A DNA stretch of 64,000 nt from the human T2T-CHM13v2.0 reference genome, Homo sapiens. Location: the NCBI RefSeq assembly GCF_009914755.1, contig NC_060940.1. The stretch is one strand, 5' to 3'. Numbering within the stretch: the first letter of the stretch is position 1; each line of letters starts with the position of its first letter. The position numbers were made by a program, and so were the translations under genes. The notes under the pieces are model-generated. The model was not told the origin of the DNA. It worked only from the letters and a program-made list of their open reading frames with translations, and searched no databases. Of the stretch, positions 30,517-45,253 are shown piece after piece.

Positions 30517-33500
30517 GAGTACATTTAATGATTGCTTTGTTTCCAATTCGAAGATGATTACATTGGATTCCATTCTATGATACCATTCGATTCCATTCAA
30601 TGATGATTCCACTCAAATCCATTGGATGATTCCATTCGTGTCCATTCGGTGATTTCATTAGATTCCATTCGAGGATGATTCCATTCGATTCCATTCGATG
30701 ATTCCATTCAATTCCATTCGATGATGATTCCATTCCAGTCCATATGATCATTCCATTTGATTTCATTCGATGATGATTCCATTCGATTCGATTCGACGAT
30801 TCCATTCTATTCCATTCGATGATGATTCCATTCGAGTCCATTCGATCATTCCATTCGAGTCCATTTAATGATTCCATTGGGTTCAATTCAATGATGATTA
30901 CATTGGATTCCGTTCTATGATTCCATTCAATTCCGTTCATTGACAATTTGATTCCATTCGATGATGATTCCATTTGAGTTCATTCGATGATTCTATTCGA
31001 TTCTCTTCGATGGTGATTCAATTCTATTATATTGGATGATTCCATTCGATTCCATTTGATGTTGATTCAATTCGATTCTATTCGATGATGATTCCATTGG
31101 ATTTCACTTGATGATTCTATTCGATTCCATTCAATGATGATTCACTTCTCGTCCATTGGATGATTCCATTTCATTCCATTCGATGATGATTCCATTCGAT
31201 TCCATTCGATGATTCCATTTGATTCCATGCGACGGTGAGCAATTCGATTCAATTCCATGATGATTCTATTTGATTCAATTAGATGATGTTTCCATTCGAA
31301 TCCATTCCATGATTATTCCATTGGAATCCATTTGGCGATGATTCCATATGAGTCAATTCAATGATGATTCCATATGGGTCCGTTCGATGATAATTCCATT
31401 TGATTTCATTCGATGCTTCTATTCTATTCCAGTCGATGATGATTCCGTTGGAGTCCATACGATGATTCCATTTGATTTCATTTGATGATGATTCCATTCG
31501 ATGATGATTACATTGGATTCCATTCTATGATTCCATTCAATTCCATTCGTTGATGATTCGATTCCATTCAATGATGATTCCATTTGAGTTCATTCGATGA
31601 TTCTATTCGATTCCGTTCGATGGTGATTCAATTCTATTATATTGGATGATTCCACTCGATTCCATTTGATGATTATTCCATTGGAGTCCACTTAGTGAAT
31701 CCTTTAGATTCTACTCGACGATGATTCCATTCGAGTCCATTCGATGATACCATTCAATTCCATTCGTTGATGCTTCCATTCAAGTGCATTCGATGATATC
31801 ATTCGATTCCATTTGATGATAATTCCATTTGATTCCATGCGATGATTCTATTCGATTCCATTCAATGATAATTCCATTCAATTCAGTGATTCCTCTGGAC
31901 TCCATTTGATGATGATTCCATTCAATGATTCCATTCGATTCTATTCGAAAATGATTCCATTTGAATCCATTTGATGATGATTCCATTAGATTCCATTTGA
32001 TGATTCCATTCGATTCCATTCGACGATGATTCCATTCGATTCCGTTTGATGATTCCATTCTATTCTATTTGATGATGATTCCATTCGATTCCATTCGATG
32101 ATGATTGGATTCGATTCCATTGGATGATTTCATTTGATTCCATTCGTTAATGATTTCGATCAATTCCATTCGATGATTCCATTCGATTCCATTCGATAAT
32201 GATTACATCCGAGTCCATTCGATGATTCCCTTTGAGCCTGTTCGATAATTCCATTTGAGTCCAACCAATGATTCCATTCATTTCCATTCAATGATTCCAT
32301 TCGAGTCCATTTGATCATTCCGGTAGGGTCCATTCGATGTTGATTCCATTGGAGTGCATTCGATGATTCCATTCGAGTCCATTTTAGGATTTGATTCGAG
32401 TCCTTTCGATGATTCCATTCGATTCCACTCGATGATGATTTCATTCGAGTCCATTCGACACTTCCAATCGATTCCATTTGATGATTCCATTCGAGTCCAA
32501 TTGATGATTCCATTCAATTCCATTCGATGATGATTCCGTACGATTCCATTCTGTGATGATTCCATGTGATTGCATTCAATGATGATTCCTTTCGATTGCA
32601 TTCGATTATGATTCATTTCGTGTTCATTCTATGGTTCCACAGGTTTCCATTCGTGTCCATTCCATTATTCCATTCTATTCCATTTGATGATGATTCCATT
32701 CGATTCCATTCATTGGTGATTCCACTCAATTCCATTCAATGATTCCATTCCATTTCTTTCAACAATGATTCCATTAGTTTCTAATCGATGATCCACTTGA
32801 TTCCATTTGACGACGATTCCATTCTTGTCCATTCGATGATTCCATTTGATTCCGTATGATGATGATTCCATTCGATTCCATACCATGATGATTCCATTCG
32901 AGTCCATTCAATGGTGATTCCATTCCATTCCATTCGATGATTCCTTTTGATTCCATTCGATGATGATGGCATTCGATTCCTTTCAATCATTCCCTTTGAT
33001 TCCATTCAAAGGTGATTTCATTCAAGTCCATTCGATAATTGCATTCGATTCCATTCTATGATGATTCCATTCGAGTCCATTTGATGATTCCATTCAATTC
33101 AAGTCAATGATGATTCCATTCGATTCCATTCGATGATTCCATTGGATTCCATTCGATGATGATTCCATTCAAATCCATTTGATAATTCAATTCAAGTCCA
33201 TTCGATGATGATTCCAATCGAATCCATTCAAAGATTCCATTCAGTTCCATTCGATGATTCCCTTAGATTCCATTCGATGATTCCACTTGATTGCATTTAC
33301 GATGATTCCATTCGATTCCATGTGATGATTCCATTCAATTCTATTCAATGATGTCTCCATTTGATTCCATTCGACCATGATTGCCTTTGATTCCATTCAA
33401 TGATTCCATTCGGTTCCGTTTGATGATGATTCCGTTCGATTCCATTTGATGATTCCATTTGATTCCATTGGATGAGTCCATTCGATTACATTCGATGATT

Positions 33501-35170
33501 ATTCCATTCGAGTGCATTAGATGATTCCATTCGAGTCCATTCGATGATTCCATTCGATTCCATTCGATGTTGATTCTGTTCAAATCCATTCGATGATTCC
33601 ACTCGATTCCATTCGTTGACTCCATTTGATCCCATTCGATGATTTCCTTTGATTCCCTTTGATGATCATTCCATTTGATTCAATTCGGTGATTTCATTTG
33701 ATTCCATTCAGTGATGTTTCCATTCGACTCCATTCGATGATGATTCCATTCGACTCCATTCGATTATGATTTCATTCAATTCCATTCGATAATGATTCCC
33801 TTCGAGTCCATTCGATGATTCCATTCGATTCCATTCAACGATGATTTGATTCGTGTCCATTCGATGATTCCATTTGATTCCACTTGATGATGATTCCATT
33901 CGAGTCCATTTGATGATTCCATTCAATTCCATACTCCGATGATTTCTTTTGAGCCCACTCAATGCTTCCACTCGATTCCATATGATGATGACTCCATTCG
34001 ATGAAATTCGATGATGATTCCATTCGCTTGCTTTCGATGATGATTCCACTTGAGTCCGTTAGAAGATTCTATTCAATTACATTCCATGACGATTCCGTTC
34101 GAGTCCATTTGATGATTCCATTAGACTCCATTCGACGATGATTCCATTCGATGTTATTCGATGATTCCATTCGATCTCATTCGATGATGATTCCATTCAA
34201 CTCCATTCGATGTTTCCATTCGAGTTCATTCTATTATTCCATTAGATTCAATTCGATGATGATTCCATTCGATTCCATTTGATGATTGCATTCTATTTCA
34301 TTTGATGATGATTCCATTCGAGTCCACTCGATGATTCCATTCGAGTCCATTTAATGAATCCATTGGTTTCAATTCTATGATGATTACATTGGATTCCATT
34401 CGTTGATGAATTCATTCGGTTCCATTCAATGATGATTCCATTCAATTCCTTTCAATGTTTCCATTCAATTCCATACGATGATGATTCCATTTGATTTGAT
34501 TCAACAGTGAGCCATTCGATTCAATTCCATGATGATCCTATTTGATTCAATTGGTGGACATTTCCATTCGATTCCATTCGATGATGATTCCCTTTGATTC
34601 CATTCAAAGATGATTCCATTCTAGCCCATTCAATCATTCCATTCGATTCTATTCAATGATGATTCCATTCATGTCGATTTGGTGATTCCATTTGACTTCA
34701 TTTGATGATGATTCCTTTCAAGTTCATTAGATGATTCCATTCGATTCCATTTGATGATGATCCCATTCGAGTCCATTCAGTGATTCCACTCGTTTCCATT
34801 CCATGATGATTCCATTCCATTCCATTCAATGATTCCATTCGATTCCGTTGGATGATGATTTCATTCGAGTCCATTTGATGATTCCATTTGATTCCATTCG
34901 ATGATGATTCCATTCGAGTCCATTCGATGATTCTATTCGAATCCATTTGATGATTTCTTTTGATTATAGTTGGTGATGATTCCATTGGAGTCCATTCAAT
35001 GATTCCATTCGATTCCAATCGATGGTGATTCCATTAGAGTCCATTTAATGATTCCATTTGATTCCAGTCTCTGATGATTACATTCGAGTCCATACGATGA
35101 TTCCACTCAATTCCATATGATGATGATTCCATTCTATTCCATTCGATGATTCCATTCTATTCTATTCGAT
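30517..35170 (+). repeat. Unit copy 6, truncated at the first 1,762-bp deletion junction
   Basis: Follows the standard unit to ~35150, then continues with sequence normally found 1762 bp downstream. Landmark spacing 32633 to 36983 is 4350. Confidence 0.88.
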
Positions 35171-38100
35171 AATGATTCCATTCGAGTCCATTCGATGATT
35201 CCATTCGAGTCCATTTAATGATTCCATTGGGTTCAATTCAATGATGATTACATTGGATTCCGTTCTATGATTCCATTCAATTCCGTTCATTGACAATTTG
35301 ATTCCATTCGATGATGATTCCATTTGAGTTCATTCGATGATTCTATTCGATTCTCTTCGATGGTGATTCAATTCTATTATATTGGATGATTCCATTCGAT
35401 TCCATTTGATGTTGATTCAATTCGATTCTATTCGATGATGATTCCATTGGATTTCACTTGATGATTCTATTCGATTCCATTCAATGATGATTCACTTCTC
35501 GTCCATTGGATGATTCCATTTCATTCCATTCGATGATGATTCCATTCGATTCCATTCGATGATTCCATTTGATTCCATGCGACGGTGAGCAATTCGATTC
35601 AATTCCATGATGATTCTATTTGATTCAATTAGATGATGTTTCCATTCGAATCCATTCCATGATTATTCCATTGGAATCCATTCGGCGATGATTCCATATG
35701 AGTCAATTCAATGATGATTCCATATGGGTCCGTTCGATGATAATTCCATTTGATTTCATTCGATGCTTCTATTCTATTCCAGTCGATGATGATTCCGTTG
35801 GAGTCCATACGATGATTCCATTTGATTTCATTTGATGATGATTCCATTCGATGATGATTACATTGGATTCCATTCTATGATTCCATTCAATTCCATTCGT
35901 TGATGATTCGATTCCATTCAATGATGATTCCATTTGAGTTCATTCGATGATTCTATTCGATTCCGTTCGATGGTGATTCAATTCTATTATATTGGATGAT
36001 TCCACTCGATTCCATTTGATGATTATTCCATTGGAGTCCACTTAGTGAATCCTTTAGATTCTACTCGACGATGATTCCATTCGAGTCCATTCGATGATAC
36101 CATTCAATTCCATTCGTTGATGCTTCCATTCAAGTGCATTCGATGATATCATTCGATTCCATTTGATGATAATTCCATTTGATTCCATGCGATGATTCTA
36201 TTCGATTCCATTCAATGATAATTCCATTCAATTCAGTGATTCCTCTGGACTCCATTTGATGATGATTCCATTCAATGATTCCATTCGATTCTATTCGAAA
36301 ATGATTCCATTTGAATCCATTTGATGATGATTCCATTAGATTCCATTTGATGATTCCATTCGATTCCATTCGACGATGATTCCATTCGATTCCGTTTGAT
36401 GATTCCATTCTATTCTATTCGATGATGATTCCATTCGATTCCATTCGATGATGATTGGATTCGATTCCATTTGATGATTTCATTTGATTCCATTCGTTAA
36501 TGATTTCGATCAATTCCATTCGATGATTCCATTCGATTCCATTCGATAATGATTACATCCGAGTCCATTCGATGATTCCCTTTGAGCCTGTTCGATAATT
36601 CCATTTGAGTCCAACCAATGATTCCATTCATTTCCATTCAATGATTCCATTCGAGTCCATTTGATCATTCCGGTAGGGTCCATTCGATGTTGATTCCATT
36701 GGAGTGCATTCGATGATTCCATTCGAGTCCATTTTAGGATTTGATTCGAGTCCTTTCGATGATTCCATTCGATTCCACTCGATGATGATTTCATTCGAGT
36801 CCATTCGACACTTCCAATCGATTCCATTTGATGATTCCATTCGAGTCCAATTGATGATTCCATTCAATTCCATTCGAAGATGATTCCGTACGATTCCATT
36901 CTGTGATGATTCCTTGCGATTGCATTCAATGATGATTCCTTTCGATTGCATTCGATTATGATTCATTTCGTGTTCATTCTATGGTTCCACAGGTTTCCAT
37001 TCGTGTCCATTCCATTATTCCATTCTATTCCATTTGATGATGATTCCATTCGATTCCATTCATTGGTGATTCCACTCAATTCCATTCAATGATTCCATTC
37101 CATTTCTTTCAACAATGATTCCATTAGTTTCTAATCGATGATCCACTTGATTCCATTTGACGACGATTCCATTCTTGTCCATTCGATGATTCCATTTGAT
37201 TCCATATGATGATGATTCCATTCGATTCCATACCATGATGATTCCATTCGAGTCCATTCAATGGTGATTCCATTCAATTCCATTCGATGATTCCTTTTGA
37301 TTCCATTCGATGATGATGGCATTCGATTCCTTTCAATCATTCCCTTTGATTCCATTCAAAGGTGATTTCATTCAAGTCCATTCGATAATTGCATTCGATT
37401 CCATTCTATGATGATTCCATTCGAGTCCATTTGATGATTCCATTCAATTCAAGTCAATGATGATTCCATTCGATTCCATTCGATGATTCCATTGGATTCC
37501 ATTCGATGATGATTCCATTCAAATCCATTCGATAATTCAATTCAAGTCCATTCGATGATGATTCCAATCGAATCCATTCAAAGATTCCATTCAGTTCCAT
37601 TCGATGATTCCCTTAGATTCCATTCGATGATTCCACTTGATTGCATTTACGATGATTCCATTCGATTCCATGTGATGATTCCATTCAATTCTATTCAATG
37701 ATGTCTCCATTTGATTCCATTCGACCATGATTGCCTTTGATTCCATTCAATGATTCCATTCGGTTCCGTTTGATGATGATTCCGTTCGATTCCATTTGAT
37801 GATTCCATTTGATTCCATTGGATGAGTCCATTCGATTACATTCGATGATTATTCCATTCGAGTGCATTAGATGATTCCATTCGAGTCCATTCGATGATTC
37901 CATTCGATTCCATTCGATGTTGATTCTGTTCAAATCCATTCGATGATTCCACTCGATTCCATTCGTTGACTCCATTTGATCCCATTCGATGATTTCCTTT
38001 GATTCCCTTTGATGATCATTCCATTTGATTCAATTCGGTGATTTCATTTGATTCCATTCAGTGATGTTTCCATTCGACTCCATTCGATGATGATTCCATT

Positions 38101-39471
38101 CGACTCCATTCGATTATGATTTCATTCAATTCCATTCGATAATGATTCCCTTCGAGTCCATTCGATGATTCCATTCGATTCCATTCAACGATGATTTGAT
38201 TCGTGTCCATTCGATGATTCCATTTGATTCCACTTGATGATGATTCCATTCGAGTCCATTTGATGATTCCATTCAATTCCATACTCCGATGATTTCTTTT
38301 GAGCCCACTCAATGCTTCCACTCGATTCCATATGATGATGACTCCATTCGATGAAATTCGATGATGATTCCATTCGCTTGCTTTCGATGATGATTCCACT
38401 TGAGTCCGTTAGAAGATTCTATTCAATTACATTCCATGACGATTCCGTTCGAGTCCATTTGATGATTCCATTAGACTCCATTCGACGATGATTCCATTCG
38501 ATGTTATTCAATGATTCCATTCGATCTCATTCGATGATGATTCCATTCAACTCCATTCGATGTTTCCATTCGAGTTCATTCTATTATTCCATTAGATTTA
38601 ATTCGATGATGATTCCATTCGATTCCATTTGATGATTGCATTCTATTTCATTTGATGATGATTCCATTCGAGTCCACTCGATGATTCCATTCGAGTCCAT
38701 TTAATGAATCCATTGGTTTCAATTCTATGATGATTACATTGGATTCCATTCGTTGATGATTTCATTCGGTTCCATTCAATGATGATTCCATTCAATTCCT
38801 TTCAATGTTTCCATTCAATTCCATACGATGATGATTCCATTTGATTTGATTCAACAGTGAGCCATTCGATTCAATTCCATGATGATCCTATTTGATTCAA
38901 TTGGTGGACATTTCCATTCGATTCCATTCGATGATGATTCCCTTTGATTCCATTCAAAGATGATTCCATTCTAGCCCATTCAATCATTCCATTCGATTCT
39001 ATTCAATGATGATTCCATTCATGTCGATTTGGTGATTCCATTTGACTTCATTTGATGATGATTCCTTTCAAGTTCATTAGATGATTCCATTCGATTCCAT
39101 TTGATGATGATCCCATTCGAGTCCATTCAGTGATTCCACTCGTTTCCATTCCATGATGATTCCATTCCATTCCATTCAATGATTCCATTCGATTCCGTTG
39201 GATGATGATTCCATTCGAGTCCATTCGATGATTCTATTCGAATCCATTTGATGATTTCTTTTGATTATAGTTGGTGATGATTCCATTGGAGTCCATTCAA
39301 TGATTCCATTCGATTCCAATCGATGGTGATTCCATTAGAGTCCATTTAATGATTCCATTTGATTCCAGTCTCTGATGATTACATTCGAGTCCATACGATG
39401 ATTCCACTCAATTCCATATGATGATGATTCCATTCTATTCCATTCGATGATTCCATTCTATTCTATTCGAT
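35171..39471 (+). repeat. Short variant unit (4,301 bp junction to junction)
   Basis: Junction TCCATTCTATTCTATTCGATAATG occurs at 35151 and 39452. An extra 49-bp deletion lies at ~39210. Confidence 0.88.
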
Positions 39472-42400
39472 AATGATTCCATTCGAGTCCATTCGATGAT
39501 TCCATTCGAGTCCATTTAATGATTCCATTGGGTTCAATTCAATGATGATTACATTGGATTCCGTTCTATGATTCCATTCAATTCCGTTCATTGACAATTT
39601 GATTCCATTCGATGATGATTCCATTTGAGTTCATTCGATGATTCTATTCGATTCTCTTCGATGGTGATTCAATTCTATTATATTGGATGATTCCATTCGA
39701 TTCCATTTGATGTTGATTCAATTCGATTCTATTCGATGATGATTCCATTGGATTTCACTTGATGATTCTATTCGATTCCATTCAATGATGATTCACTTCT
39801 CGTCCATTGGATGATTCCATTTCATTCCATTCGATGATGATTCCATTCGATTCCATTCGATGATTCCATTTGATTCCATGCGACGGTGAGCAATTCGATT
39901 CAATTCCATGATGATTCTATTTGATTCAATTAGATGATGTTTCCATTCGAATCCATTCCATGATTATTCCATTGGAATCCATTCGGCGATGATTCCATAT
40001 GAGTCAATTCAATGATGATTCCATATGGGTCCGTTCGATGATAATTCCACTTGATTTCATTCGATGCTTCTATTCTATTCCAGTCAATGATGATTCCGTT
40101 GGAGTCCATACGATGATTCCATTTGATTTCATTTGATGATGATTCCATTCGATGATGATTACATTGGATTCCATTCTATGATTCCATTCAATTCCATTCG
40201 TTGATGATTCGATTCCATTCAATGATGATTCCTTTTGAGTTCATTCGATGATTCTATTCGATTCCGTTCGATGGTGATTCAATTCTATTATATTGGATGA
40301 TTCCACTCGATTCCATTTGATGATTATTCCATTGGAGTCCACTTAGTGAATCCTTTAGATTCTACTCGACGATGATTCCATTCGAGTCCATTCGATGATA
40401 CCATTCAACTCCATTCGTTGATGCTTCCATTCAAGTGCATTCGATGATATCATTCGATTCCATTTGATGATAATTCCATTTGATTCCATGCGATGATTCT
40501 ATTCGATTCCATTCAATGATAATTCCATTCAATTCAGTGATTCCTCTGGACTCCATTTGATGATGATTCCATTCAATGATTCCATTCGATTCTATTCGAA
40601 AATGATTCCATTTGAATCCATTTGATGATGATTCCATTAGATTCCATTTGATGATTCCATTCGATTCCATTCGACGATGATTCCATTCGATTCCGTTTGA
40701 TGATTCCATTCTATTCTATTCGATGATGATTCCATTCGATTCCATTCGATGATGATTGGATTCGATTCCATTTGATGATTTCATTTGATTCCATTCGTTA
40801 ATGATTTCGATCAATTCCATTCGATGATTCCATTCGATTCCATTCGATAATGATTACATCCGAGTCCATTCGATGATTCCCTTTGAGCCTGTTCGATAAT
40901 TCCATTTGAGTCCAACCAATGATTCCATTCATTTCCATTCAATGATTCCATTCGAGTCCATTTGATCATTCCGGTAGGGTCCATTCGATGTTGATTCCAT
41001 TGGAGTGCATTCGATGATTCCATTCGAGTCCATTTTAGGATTTGATTCGAGTCCTTTCGATGATTCCATTCGATTCCACTCGATGATGATTTCATTCGAG
41101 TCCATTCGACACTTCCAATCGATTCCATTTGATGATTCCATTCGAGTCCAATTGATGATTCCATTCAATTCCATTCGATGATGATTCCGTACGATTCCAT
41201 TCTGTGATGATTCCATGTGATTGCATTCAATGATGATTCCTTTCGATTGCATTCGATTATGATTCATTTCGTGTTCATTCTATGGTTCCACAGGTTTCCA
41301 TTCGTGTCCATTCCATTATTCCATTCTATTCCATTTGATGATGATTCCATTCGATTCCATTCATTGGTGATTCCACTCAATTCCATTCAATGATTCCATT
41401 CCATTTCTTTCAACAATGATTCCATTACTTTCTAATCGATGATCCACTTGATTCCATTTGACGACGATTCCATTCTTGTCCATTCGATGATTCCATTTGA
41501 TTCCATATGATGATGATTCCATTCGATTCCATACCATGATGATTCCATTCGAGTCCATTCAATGGTGATTCCATTCAATTCCATTCGATGATTCCTTTCG
41601 ATTCCGTTCGATGATGATGGCATTCGATTCCTTTCAATCATTCCCTTTGATTCCATTCCAAGGTGATTTCATTCAAGTCCATTCGATAATTGCATTCGAT
41701 TCCATTCTATGATGATTCCATTCGAGTCCATTTGATGATTCCATTCAATTCAAGTCAATGATGATTCCATTCGATTCCATTCGATGATTCCATTGGATTC
41801 CATTCGATGATGATTCCATTCAAATCCATTCGATAATTCAATTCAAGTCCATTCGATGATGATTCCAATCGAATCCATTCAAAGATTCCATTCAGTTCCA
41901 TTCGATGATTCCCTTAGATTCCATTCGATGATTCCACTTGATTGCATTTACGATGATTCCATTCGATTCCATGTGATGATTCCATTCAATTCTATTCAAT
42001 GATGTCTCCATTTGATTCCATTCGACCATGATTGCCTTTGATTCCATTCAATGATTCCATTCGGTTCCGTTTGATGATGATTCCGTTCGATTCCATTTGA
42101 TGATTCCATTTGATTCCATTGGATGAGTCCATTCGATTACATTCGATGATTATTCCATTCGAGTGCATTAGATGATTCCATTCGAGTCCATTCGATGATT
42201 CCATTCGATTCCATTCGATGTTGATTCTGTTCAAATCCATTCGATGATTCCACTCGATTCCATTCGTTGACTCCATTTGATCCCATTCGATGATTTCCTT
42301 TGATTCCCTTTGATGATCATTCCATTTGATTCAATTCGGTGATTTCATTTGATTCCATTCAGTGATGTTTCCATTCGACTCCATTCGATGATGATTCCAT

Positions 42401-45253
42401 TCGACTCCATTCGATTATGATTTCATTCAATTCCATTCGATAATGATTCCCTTCGAGTCCATTCGATGATTCCATTCGATTCCATTCAACAATGATTTGA
42501 TTCGTGTCCATTCGATGATTCCATTTGATTCCACATGATGATGATTCCATTCGAGTCCATTTGATGATTCCATTCAATTCCATACTCCGATGATTTCTTT
42601 TGAGCCCACTCAATGCTTCCACTCGATTCCATATGATGATGACTCCATTCGATGAAATTCGATGATGATTCCATTCGCTTGCTTTCGATGATGATTCCAC
42701 TTGAGTCCGTTAGAAGATTCTATTCAATTACATTCCATGACGATTCCGTTCGAGTCCATTTGATGATTCCATTAGACTCCATTCGACGATGATTCCATTC
42801 GATGTTATTCGATGATTCCATTCGATCTCATTCGATGATGATTCCATTCAACTCCATTCGATGTTTCCATTCGAGTTCATTCTATTATTCCATTAGATTC
42901 CATTCGATGATGATTCCATTCGATTCCATTTGATGATTGCATTCTATTTCATTTGATGATGATTCCATTCGAGTCCACTCGATGATTCCATTCGAGTCCA
43001 TTTAATGAATCCATTGGTTTCAATTCTATGATGATTTCATTCGGTTCCATTCAATGATGATTCCATTCAATTCCTTTCAATGTTTCCATTCAATTCCATA
43101 CGATGATGATTCCATTTGATTTGATTCGACAGTGAGCCATTCGATTCAATTCCATGATGATTCTATTTGATTCAATTGGTTGACATTTCCATTCGATTCC
43201 ATTCGATGATGATTCCCTTTGATTCCGTTCCAAGATGATTCCATTCTAGCCCATTCAATCATTCCATTCGATTCTATTCAATGATGATTCCATTCATGTC
43301 GATTTGGTGATTCCATTTGACTTCATTTGATGATGATTCCTTTCAAGTTCATTAGATGATTCCATTCGATTCCATTTGATGATGATCCCATTCGAGTCCA
43401 TTCAGTGATTCCATTCGTTTCCATTCCATGATGATTCCATTCCTTTCCATTCAATGATTCCATTCGATTCCGTTTGATGATGATTTCATTCGAGTCCATT
43501 TGATGATTCCATTTGATTCCATTCGATGATGATTCCATTCGAGTCCATTCGATGATTCTATTCGAATCCATTTGATGATTTCTTTTGATTATATTTGGTG
43601 ATGATTCCATTGGAGTCCATTCAATGATTCCATTCTATTCCAATCGATGATGATTCCATTAGAGTCCATTTAATGATTCCATTTGATTCCAGTCTCTGAT
43701 GATTACATTCGAGTCCATACGATGATTCCACTCAATTCCATATGACGATGATTCCATTTGATTCCATTCGGTGATTCCATTCTATTCTATTCAATGGTGA
43801 TTCCATTCGAGTACATTAGATGATTCCATTCGTTTCCATTCAATGATGATTCTATTTGTGTCCCTTAGATGATTCCACATGATTCCATTAGATGATGATA
43901 CTATTTGAGCCCATCCAATGATTCCCTTCGATTCCATTCGATGAGGATTCCATTCGATTCAATTCATTGGTGATTCTATTCAATTCAATTCTTTGATTCC
44001 ATTCCATTCCATTCGACAATGATTCCATTCGATTTCTTTCGATGATTCCACTCGATTCCACTTGACATTGATTCCATTCGATTCCATTCGTTGATTCCAT
44101 TTGATTCCAGTGGGTGATGATTGCCATCGATTCCATTCGATCACTCCATTCTATTCCATTTGATGATGATTACATTCGATTCCATTTGATGATTCCATCT
44201 GATTCTATTCGAGGATTCCATTTGATTCCATTCGATGATGATTCCATTCGAGTCCATTCGATGATTTCATTCGAGTACATCCAATGATTCCATTCGAGTC
44301 CATTAGATGATTCCATTTGATTCCATTTGAAAATGATTCTACTAGAGTCCATTCAATGACTCCATTCGAGTCCATTCAACAATTCCATTCGACTCCATTC
44401 GATGATTCCATTCGATTCCATTTGATGGTTCCATTCGAGTCCATTTAATCATTACAGTCGAGTCCATTTGGTGATTCCACTGGATTTCTTTTGATAATGA
44501 TACCATTCAATTGCATTTGATGATGATCCCATTCAATTTCATTTGATGATGATTCCATTAGAGTCCATTCGATGATTTCATTCGAGTCCCTTCATTGATT
44601 CCATCCGATTTCATTGGATGATGACTCCATTCGAGTCCATTCGATGTTTCCACTCGATTCCATTAGATGACTCCATTGGAGTCCATTTGATTGTTCCATT
44701 CGATTCCATTCGATTCCTTTCAAAGATTATTCCATTTGAGTCCATTCGATGATGATTCCATTCCATTCCATTCGATGATTCCGTTTGATTCCATTCGATG
44801 ATTCCCTTCGATTCCTTTCTTTGATGATTCCATTCCATTCCATTCAATGATTCCATTCGAATCTATTCCATGATGATTCCTTTCGATTCCATTCGCTGAT
44901 GTTTCCGTTCAATTCCATTCGATGATGATTCCATTCGATTCCATTCATTGAGGATTCCATTTGATTCCATTCAATGATGATTCCATTCTATTCCATTCAA
45001 TGATTGCATTCAATTCCATTCAATGATTATCCCATTAGAGTAAACTCAACGATTCCATTCAATACCATTCGATGATGATTCCTTTTGAGTCCATTCAATG
45101 ATTTCATTCAAGTCCATTTGATGATTCCTTTCAATTCCATTCTATGATGATTCCATTCGAGTCCATTCGATGATTCCATTCGATTGCATTCGATGATTCC
45201 ATTATATTCCATTCAACGGTGATTCCATTCGAGTCCATTCCATGATTCCATTA
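39472..45253 (+). repeat. Unit copy 8 (starts at the second junction; 26-bp deletion at ~43036)
   Basis: Landmark spacing 41284 to 47370 is 6086. ACATTGGATTCCATTCGTTGATGATT is missing after 43036. Confidence 0.88.
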
